From an uncultured Bacteroidota bacterium (GTDB lineage: Bacteria; CLD3; SB21): 64,000 nt of DNA. The notes under the pieces are model-generated. The model had not been told where the DNA came from. It did not search any database and saw only the letters and a program-made list of their open reading frames with translations. A program made the position numbers and the translations under genes. Shown piece after piece: positions 57,744 through 64,000 of the stretch (position 1 is the first letter of the stretch; every line of letters starts with the position of its first letter). The DNA is taken from the NCBI GenBank assembly GCA_964563165.1, contig CAZLWA010000097.1:71893-135892 (forward strand). Direction: 5' to 3'.

Positions 57744-58307
57744 TTAGATCAAGCCCTTATTCATTGCTTCACGCGCCGTCATGCCGCCGGCCATTGCCAC
57801 TATCTGATTGTCATAATGATCGGCAATTCTTGCTACGGACTTGAGCGAGGCCGCTAATTCATTTTCATCCAGATGCGCGCCCGCCAAAGAATGGCCGAAT
57901 ACAATGGTTCCGTCATAGGTAATTCCAAACGCGCCGAAATGCAGTTTCGCATTTTCCCTCAATAAGAATTTCAATAATTCGTCATTCAAGCGTGCGTCTT
58001 GAACGACATACGCAAACGATTCCACAACGACATCGTCGCCGTGCCACGGGCGAAGAACCGTCTGTACGACTGTTGAACCTTCAAAGGTCAGGAAACGGCC
58101 ATCCTGCTTTTGGTAATTCTTCTTGTAAAGTTTCTTGATGAAGGCCTCGACTTTGATTTCAACGCTCTTCATCAATTGCGCATGGTTCATTTTGGGCGCT
58201 TTCTTGGCGGATTTCCTCGGGGCTGTCTTTTTTGCTTTCGGCTTTGCCTTTTTGCCTGCCTTTTTAGCCGCCGGCCGTTTCGCTTTTCTATTTTTTTTCT
58301 TTGCCAT
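57744..58307 (-). CDS. YbjN-like domain protein with a 39 aa lysine/alanine-rich histone-H1-like N-terminal tail
   Basis: The tail MAKKKNRKAKRPAAKKAGKKAKPKAKKTAPRKSAKKAPK has 20 K/R in 39 residues. The remaining ~145 aa resemble YbjN / T3SS-chaperone-like proteins. Confidence 0.5.
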   Translation of the reverse strand: MAKKKNRKAKRPAAKKAGKKAKPKAKKTAPRKSAKKAPKMNHAQLMKSVEIKVEAFIKKLYKKNYQKQDGRFLTFEGSTVVQTVLRPWHGDDVVVESFAYVVQDARLNDELLKFLLRENAKLHFGAFGITYDGTIVFGHSLAGAHLDENELAASLKSVARIADHYDNQIVAMAGGMTAREAMNKGLI

Positions 58308-58468
58308 AAGTCCTCCTCTAATTTGAATATGCTGAAAACTGAATTAAGTTGAGTTCATCAAGTGATTTTACAGGCGATTGGGAATTTAAACCGGCAATAA
58401 AATCCTAAAATAAACAGTAAAAGTCAAGTACACAATGGATTTGTTCACCCGTTTTCACCAAAGCCGCG

Positions 58469-59407
58469 TCAGTCCGGCGTCAAGTGAGACCATACGTGCT
58501 TTACGTTTCGGATGAAACCTGAAAATTTCGTTCGTTTCACCGCACTTTTCTTGAATCGCCTGCGAAATTCATCTTCGGTCATTTCATTTAGATCTTCAAG
58601 CACAGGACTTATGTTCTCCGGGCGAGGATGAAACTCATTCACCGGCGTTGCTTGCGAAAATTTTTCATTCCACGGGCATACGTCCTGGCAGACATCACAT
58701 CCGTAGATCCAATTCTCCAGTACCGTATTTTTTGCAAGTTTCTCACCGCGGTACTCGATGGTTAAATAGGAAATACATTTGTTGGAATCCACGACATACG
58801 GCTCCGTGATCGCATCCGTCGGACAGGCTTCGATGCACAGGCTGCACGTGCCGCAATAATCCTCGATCGGCGTATCGTATTCCAATGCAGTATCCAGAAT
58901 GACCTCTCCCAGAAAAACCCATGAGCCCATTTCGCGCGTGATGACATTGGTATGCTTCCCCTGCCAGCCGATGCCCGCCTGTACGGCCCAATATTTATCC
59001 ATCATCGGCGACGTGTCCACGCAGCATTTTCCATGGATCCCCGGATCCATCAATTGGATCTCACTGAGTAACCGATGCAATTTATTCTTCATCACCTCAT
59101 GATAATCGTCGCCCCAGGCGTAACGGGAAATCTTTCCCTTGTTGGCGTCATTCGAAATTTCCTGAGGGGCATAATAATTCAATGCAACGGCAATGACCGA
59201 CTCCGCACCGGGAAATAACTCACGCGGGTCAATGCGTTTTTCAAAATAGTTTTCCATCCAGTTCATGGTCCCATGGAAACCCATGTTCAGCCAATTCTCG
59301 AGTAATGAAGCGGACCTCACTTTATCTGCTTTCGCGATACCGACTCTTTCAAAGCCGATTTCTAATGCTTTCGATTTGATATAACTGGTCAGGATGTGTT
59401 TGTCCAT
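58469..59407 (-). CDS. queG: epoxyqueuosine reductase (tRNA queuosine biosynthesis)
   Basis: It has the 4Fe-4S motifs CGTCSLCIEACPTDAI and CDVCQDVCPWN, and the N-terminus MDKHILTSYIK…. Confidence 0.85.
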   Translation of the reverse strand: MDKHILTSYIKSKALEIGFERVGIAKADKVRSASLLENWLNMGFHGTMNWMENYFEKRIDPRELFPGAESVIAVALNYYAPQEISNDANKGKISRYAWGDDYHEVMKNKLHRLLSEIQLMDPGIHGKCCVDTSPMMDKYWAVQAGIGWQGKHTNVITREMGSWVFLGEVILDTALEYDTPIEDYCGTCSLCIEACPTDAITEPYVVDSNKCISYLTIEYRGEKLAKNTVLENWIYGCDVCQDVCPWNEKFSQATPVNEFHPRPENISPVLEDLNEMTEDEFRRRFKKSAVKRTKFSGFIRNVKHVWSHLTPD

Positions 59408-59491
59408 GACGTGAATCTATTCTAATCGTATGAGTCGAATGACCTTGACAAAGTAGGCGGCGTTATCTATATTGCCACGTCTAAAATTGTT

Positions 59492-59566
59492 CGGGGTGTA
59501 GCGCAGCCCGGTTAGCGCGCCTGTTTTGGGAGCAGGATGTCAGGAGTTCAAATCCCCTCACCCCGA
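59492..59566 (+). tRNA. tRNA-Pro (anticodon TGG)
   Basis: The sequence is CGGGGTG-TA-GCGC-AGCCCGGTTA-GCGC-G-CCTGT-TTTGGGA-GCAGG-ATGTC-AGGAG-TTCAAAT-CCCCT-CACCCCG-A. The T-stem has one mismatch. Confidence 0.8.
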
Positions 59567-59569
59567 CAC

Positions 59570-59599
59570 AGCCTCGTGAACAATCACGAGGCTTTTTTA
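59570..59599 (+). terminator. rho-independent terminator after tRNA-Pro
   Basis: AGCCTCGTGAACAATCACGAGGCT is followed by TTTTTT. Confidence 0.6.
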
Positions 59600-59625
59600 T
59601 TGAGATAGCAACCACCTTAACACAT

Positions 59626-59745
59626 AGCGCGTGGCGCCTCTGGCGCCAATGTCAGGAGTTCTGCGCCGAAGGTGCATCCGCCTTAGGCGGAAAATCCCCT
59701 CACCCCGACTTAGCCTCGTGAGAAATCACGAGGCTTTTTTATTGC
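59626..59745 (+). other. degenerate duplicate of the tRNA-Pro 3' half plus a second copy of the terminator (pseudo-tRNA)
   Basis: …TAGCGCG…ATGTCAGGAGTTC-[31-nt insert]-AAATCCCCTCACCCCGA is followed by AGCCTCGTGAGAAATCACGAGGCTTTTTT. It has no acceptor 5' strand. Confidence 0.65.
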
Positions 59746-59748
59746 AAG

Positions 59749-61104
59749 TTATTCGACCTGTTTCAAGGTTTTTAAAATAATCTCCGCCGCTTCGTCAATT
59801 TCCTTCGCAGAAATGTTGAGAGCCGGGCGCAACCGGATCGTTTTTTCTCCGCATTTAAGTATCAGCAACCCGTTCTCAGCCGCCTTCTTCACCATCTTGT
59901 CCCGAATCGATACCGAAGGCAAATCCCACGCACACATGAGGCCTGAGCCGCGGACATTCTCGACACTCGGAAATTCGTTTTGAATTTCATTCAACTTTTT
60001 TAATAAATAGCCGCCTTGAATCCGTGAGTTCTCAACCAATTTTTCATCATCAATGATCTTCAAATACCAGGTCGCGCGGTACATGTCCGCTAAATTACCG
60101 CCCCATGTAGAATTGATGCGTCCGGCCTGGGCAAAAACATTTTCTTTCACTTCATCAATGCGCTTTCCGGCAAGTACACCGCAAACCTGCATTTTCTTCC
60201 CAAAGGCCAACAGATCGGGCTTTACTCCGATTTTCTGATGAGCCCAAAAGGACCCGATAAGTCCAACGCCCGTTTGCACTTCATCATAAATAAATAACAT
60301 ATTGCTCTCATCGCAAATTTTTCTCAATGCCTGATGAAATTCGCTCCGAAAATGATTGTCTCCGCCTTCCGCCTGTATCGGCTCGAGAATCAAGCAGGCG
60401 ATTTGATCTTTATGCCGGGCTATCTGCTCACGGATAAAATGAAGCGATTCCTCTTCCCGTTTTTTAACGTCGGCTAAGCTTTTTTCATCCAGCGGGAATT
60501 TGATCTTCGGATTCGGCGCTTTGATCCAGTTGAATTTCGGGAAGTACTGTACTTTGTGACGATAGTACGTATTGGTCATCGTCAGCGTATATCCCGACCT
60601 CCCGTGAAACGCCTCATCGAAATAGATCACTTTCATGGAATTCACATAATTGTCTTCTTCCTCCGCCGATTTGAATCCGGACGGAAATTGTTTTCGAACT
60701 TTCCAGTCGAACGCCGTCTTGAGCGCATTTTCCACGGCCAACGCGCCGCCGGACACCAAAAACAAATGCGGAAGATATTCCGGAATCCCGACCCTTCCGA
60801 ATGTTTCAACAAACTCCGCCATCGCAATGGTATAAACGTCCGAATTCGCGGGATTGTTGGTTGCCGCTTCGACCAAGCCGTCTTTGAATTCCTGGGATTG
60901 CATGCGGGGATGATTCATGCCTATCGGGGCCGAACCGAAAAAAGAATAGAAATCCAAATACGTTTTACCGGTTTTCGCATCCACAATACGGGAACCGACG
61001 CTTTTTTTCGTGTCCAATACGAAATCAAATCCGTCCGCCAGCATGTGCTTTCGCAGCGTGCTGTGAACCTGCCCGGGACTAATATGAATATTCAACATGG
61101 TCAT
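59749..61104 (-). CDS. class III PLP-dependent aminotransferase (L-lysine 6-aminotransferase-like)
   Basis: The ORF is 451 aa with a class III fold (…FDEAFHGRSGYTL…, …DEVQTGVG…). Its family placement relative to LAT is an inference. Confidence 0.6.
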   Translation of the reverse strand: MTMLNIHISPGQVHSTLRKHMLADGFDFVLDTKKSVGSRIVDAKTGKTYLDFYSFFGSAPIGMNHPRMQSQEFKDGLVEAATNNPANSDVYTIAMAEFVETFGRVGIPEYLPHLFLVSGGALAVENALKTAFDWKVRKQFPSGFKSAEEEDNYVNSMKVIYFDEAFHGRSGYTLTMTNTYYRHKVQYFPKFNWIKAPNPKIKFPLDEKSLADVKKREEESLHFIREQIARHKDQIACLILEPIQAEGGDNHFRSEFHQALRKICDESNMLFIYDEVQTGVGLIGSFWAHQKIGVKPDLLAFGKKMQVCGVLAGKRIDEVKENVFAQAGRINSTWGGNLADMYRATWYLKIIDDEKLVENSRIQGGYLLKKLNEIQNEFPSVENVRGSGLMCAWDLPSVSIRDKMVKKAAENGLLILKCGEKTIRLRPALNISAKEIDEAAEIILKTLKQVE

Positions 61105-61238
61105 TCTCCTCTGGTTTTTAAATGATAGGACATTTAATCAAAAGGAGACGGTCACACGCGCCATTCGGGCTTAAGCAGACTGAGGCGGATGCTCATGAGG
61201 GCTATTGTAGAAGATACGTTCATTTTTGCAGCCTAATT

Positions 61239-61328
61239 CAATTACAAATCAATAATTAAGAATTAAAAATTCAAATTACCATTTCCGTTGCAAACTATTT
61301 AATAATTCTCAATTCTCAATTCTTAATT
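61239..61328. repeat. AT-rich inverted-repeat element, family member 3 (larger loop)
   Basis: AATTACAAATCAATAATTAAGAATTA…AATAATTCTCAATTCTCAATTCTTAATT. It lies between the aldehyde dehydrogenase stop and the aminotransferase start. Confidence 0.65.
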
Positions 61329-61332
61329 GTTT

Positions 61333-62829
61333 CTAGTAGTTGTCTATCTGTGCGCGTTGCAGTTTGTCGCTGTAATCGATATAAACCGTTTTAAGTTCAC
61401 TGAAAAATTCATAGACCGTCCAGCCGCCTTCACGATGACCGTTACCGGTTTCTTTCACGCCTCCAAACGGCAGGTGCGCCTCGGCGCCGATCGTCGGCGC
61501 ATTGATATACGTGATGCCCGCTTTAATATCGCGGATCGCTTTAAACGAGTCATTAATATTTTTCGTATACAGCGAAGATGAGAGACCGTAAACGGTTCCG
61601 TTGAGAACGCGGATCGCCTCATCAATATCTTTGACCTTGATAACGGACAGCACGGGGCCAAAAATTTCCTCCTGCTCAATACGCATGCCCTGCTTCACGC
61701 CGGTAAAAATCGTAGGCTTGTAGAACCAGCCCTTTTTAAGATCTCCGTCGGTCGCCCGCTCGCCGCCGCACATCAATTTGGCGCCCTCAGATTTGCCGAT
61801 CTGAACGTATTCATGGTCCGTATTCAATTGACCTTCATTAACGCAAGGCCCGACATCAACGCCGGCATCCAGGCCGAAACCAAGTTTCAATTTTTCAACA
61901 CGCTTGACGAGCATGTCGACAAATTTGTCGTGAATAGGTTCATGCAGGATCAATCGGCTGGTCGCGGTGCAGCGCTGACCGGTCGTTCCAAATGCGCCCC
62001 ACAGAACGCCGTCGAGCGCCAATTCCAAATTAGCATCGGCCATCACGATCTGTGCGTTTTTTCCGCCGAGTTCCAGAGACACGCGTTTCAATGTCTTTCC
62101 GCATTCCGCCGCGATCGTCTTACCTACTCCCGAGGACCCCGTGAAGCTGATCAAATGGACATCGGGATGATTTACGATTCTCATACCCACGCTTCCGCCG
62201 CCGCCATGGACTATATTCGCCACGCCTGCCGGCACTCCCGCATCCGCCAAGATCTCTATCAAGCTCGTTGCCGTTCGCGGCGTATCCGATGCGGGTTTAA
62301 AGACAACACAATTACCGCAGGCTAATGCGGGAAATATCTTCCAAGTGGGAATGGCCATCGGAAAATTCCACGGCGTTACAATACCGGCAATTCCAATAGG
62401 CGTACGAATGGCCATTGCAAATTTGTTGGGCAATTCCGAAGGCACGGTATGGCTGAAAAGCCTTCGCGTTTCACTGCCCGCATAATAGGCAGTGTCAATT
62501 CCTTCCTGTACGTCACCGCGCGTTTCGGCGATGACTTTTCCCATTTCGCGGGTCATTTCACGCGCCAGTTCTTCCTTGCGCGCCACCATGAGATCACCGA
62601 CCTTGCGCAGAATGTCGCCGCGTTTGGGAGCCGGCATCAGCCGCCATTCATCAAACGCATTGGAGGCTGCCGCAACGGCTTTGTCAACATCTTCTGGCCC
62701 GGATTTCGGAAACGTGCCAAGCACTTCTTCCCAATTAGCCGGATTACGATTCTCAAAAGTTTGACCGCCGATCGCATCTTGCCATTTTCCGTCAATATAA
62801 TTTTGAAACTTCTGAGCCATAACACTCAA
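61333..62829 (-). CDS. NAD(P)-dependent aldehyde dehydrogenase (candidate aminoadipate-semialdehyde / piperideine-6-carboxylate dehydrogenase, by context)
   Basis: It has the ALDH catalytic Cys region GQRCTATSR and the Glu motif LELGGKN. The ORF is 498 aa. Confidence 0.8.
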   Translation of the reverse strand: MSVMAQKFQNYIDGKWQDAIGGQTFENRNPANWEEVLGTFPKSGPEDVDKAVAAASNAFDEWRLMPAPKRGDILRKVGDLMVARKEELAREMTREMGKVIAETRGDVQEGIDTAYYAGSETRRLFSHTVPSELPNKFAMAIRTPIGIAGIVTPWNFPMAIPTWKIFPALACGNCVVFKPASDTPRTATSLIEILADAGVPAGVANIVHGGGGSVGMRIVNHPDVHLISFTGSSGVGKTIAAECGKTLKRVSLELGGKNAQIVMADANLELALDGVLWGAFGTTGQRCTATSRLILHEPIHDKFVDMLVKRVEKLKLGFGLDAGVDVGPCVNEGQLNTDHEYVQIGKSEGAKLMCGGERATDGDLKKGWFYKPTIFTGVKQGMRIEQEEIFGPVLSVIKVKDIDEAIRVLNGTVYGLSSSLYTKNINDSFKAIRDIKAGITYINAPTIGAEAHLPFGGVKETGNGHREGGWTVYEFFSELKTVYIDYSDKLQRAQIDNY

Positions 62830-62969
62830 TCTCCTGTCATTAGATTTTTCTTATCGCACGGCGTGCGAAAACAAATGCCCTTAGGGCAATAACAAATCGT
62901 AAGCGATTTCGGAATGATTTTTGTCAGCATGTGAGCCGCCGATAGAGGAAAGAAATCATGCCGACAAAA

Positions 62970-63161
62970 CTATAGATTTCTCTCAATTCGATTTCTGAAA
63001 CTGTCGCTCCCCATCGCTTTTTTCGCAACGACTCCGAAAAGTCCTATGACCAAACCTATGACTATTCCAAAAATGCTGAAACTGAATATGCTTTTCGCCA
63101 AAACAATCAACCCTAGAATCATCCACAGCCAGTATAATTTAATTGTCCACAGAAGAATCAT
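62970..63161 (-). CDS. small hypothetical membrane protein (2 TM, 63 aa)
   Basis: Two hydrophobic helices; no other support. Confidence 0.3.
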   Translation of the reverse strand: MILLWTIKLYWLWMILGLIVLAKSIFSFSIFGIVIGLVIGLFGVVAKKAMGSDSFRNRIERNL

Positions 63162-63190
63162 AAAAGTTTCCTTTCTAAAAAAGTGTTAAC

Positions 63191-63898
63191 TCACTGTTTT
63201 CCCGACCAGCTGTGCTCCAAAACAAACATGTTCTGAACGAGTGCGTAAAAATACGTTCGTTGATGAACGTCCCCTCCCTCATCCGTCGGATATTCCATTT
63301 CATCCACGCGCACTTTGTAGGACTCTTTATCGTTTGAGCGCATCAGAGAAATATTATAGGACGATTGCAATCCGCCTTTGGTGTCCAAAGAAAACAAGAC
63401 CGAAATTTTTTGCGATTCGCCGCCTGATAACTTGCTGATTCGGCAATATTTTTTTAACTGTACATCTTTAAGTATGGAATACACTTCCAGAGCTCCGTCA
63501 TTATCCACGTCAAGAACCTTCACTTCGAAAATACTGCCGCCGAGGCACCGGTTCAAAATCTCACAGCGCCATTGGTCTTCTTCCGAATAATACAACAATA
63601 CATAGTTGATTTGCCCGTCAATATTTCCGGCCACAATGAATTCGAACTGTCCGTTATGCATCAGATCCGCCGAAAATCCGCGATCGGTGCTGAAATGACA
63701 TTGATCGATCGGTTTATCGATCACGCCGGGGAAGTAAATTTGTGCGTCGCGAAAGGCGTCCTCAAGATATTTTCGCTCGTTCAGCGGCGACCCGGGTTGC
63801 CCCGGATTTCCGTCACTCACTTTGATTTCTGCAGCTGAAAGAGGCCAAACGAACGCGAAAGCGCCGATCCAAAAAAACTTCAAAATTGCTTCAATCAA
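63191..63898 (-). CDS. hypothetical secreted protein
   Basis: Signal peptide MIEAILKFFWIGAFAFVWPLSAAE; I recognise no motif. Confidence 0.45.
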   Translation of the reverse strand: MIEAILKFFWIGAFAFVWPLSAAEIKVSDGNPGQPGSPLNERKYLEDAFRDAQIYFPGVIDKPIDQCHFSTDRGFSADLMHNGQFEFIVAGNIDGQINYVLLYYSEEDQWRCEILNRCLGGSIFEVKVLDVDNDGALEVYSILKDVQLKKYCRISKLSGGESQKISVLFSLDTKGGLQSSYNISLMRSNDKESYKVRVDEMEYPTDEGGDVHQRTYFYALVQNMFVLEHSWSGKQ

Positions 63899-63915
63899 AA
63901 CTTTTTACCTTTTAA

Positions 63916-64000
63916 TTAATACGCGGCCAGTTCGCGCATCAGGTTAAGCATTTTATCTTTGTTTGGCAGAAAATGAGCTTCCAGCGGAGGGCTGTAAGGC
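63916..64000 (-). CDS. C-terminal 27 codons of an unidentified protein (…PYSPPLEAHFLPNKDKMLNLMRELAAY*), 5' part beyond the window end
   Basis: It is an open frame running off the window end. The stop TAA is at 63916-63918. Confidence 0.3.
   Translation of the reverse strand, partial: PYSPPLEAHFLPNKDKMLNLMRELAAY

Noticed and set aside
59626-59708. A second functional tRNA downstream of tRNA-Pro
   Set aside because: It has no 5' acceptor strand, the D-arm region is replaced by an unrelated hairpin, and the T-loop is interrupted by a 31-nt insert. I call it a pseudo-tRNA or duplication remnant.
62970-63161. The 63 aa two-TM ORF as a toxin or holin-like gene
   Set aside because: It has no partner gene, no phage context and no distinguishing motif. 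It is kept as a low-confidence small membrane protein only.

Overview
The window is a 64 kb chromosomal segment from a bacterium. There is no rRNA, CRISPR array, transposase or phage block. About 60 protein genes are present, most on the minus strand. A subtilisin-like peptidase carries a T9SS-type C-terminal sorting domain, which points to an FCB-superphylum-like organism.

Housekeeping content:
- The start of the nuo operon (nuoA-B-C-D, D truncated by the window edge).
- folD, sucC without sucD, alr, a purine nucleoside phosphorylase, an IscS/NifS-like cysteine desulfurase, queG.
- dnaX-recR with an SRP RNA (ffs) immediately upstream of dnaX.

DNA-damage genes are a spore-photoproduct-lyase-like radical SAM enzyme, a CPD photolyase and ogt, plus a xerD-like recombinase.

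Lipid genes are an hpnC-hpnD-hpnE-like squalene synthesis cluster and a fatty-acid desaturase.

Respiratory genes form a periplasmic nitrate reductase cluster (napD-napA) with an unusual electron-transfer module: two tetraheme cytochromes c, a Tat-exported Fe-S subunit and an NrfD-family membrane subunit.

Signalling genes:
- Two paralogous Hanks-type Ser/Thr kinases with PEGA-like C-terminal repeats.
- An FHA-GAF-class III adenylyl cyclase directly linked to one of the kinases.
- A GAF-PP2C phosphatase and an orphan histidine kinase.

RNA genes found by eye are tRNA-Ser(CGA), tRNA-Pro(UGG) and the SRP RNA. Each tRNA is followed by a partial duplicate of itself.

Noteworthy non-genic structure:
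- A three-member family of AT-rich inverted-repeat elements.
- A heptamer tandem repeat at a transporter start.
- A long GTCATTT-based imperfect palindrome.
- A low-GC islet next to tRNA-Ser.
- An A10 run in dnaX with stops in both shifted frames (candidate gamma-subunit slippage site).
- A lysine/alanine-rich histone-H1-like tail fused to a YbjN-like domain.

No named defence or mobile system is evident. The strongest candidate for an undescribed system is the kinase-lipoprotein-FHA/GAF/cyclase module. The next candidates are the non-canonical nap module and the SplB-like radical SAM plus nucleosidase pair.
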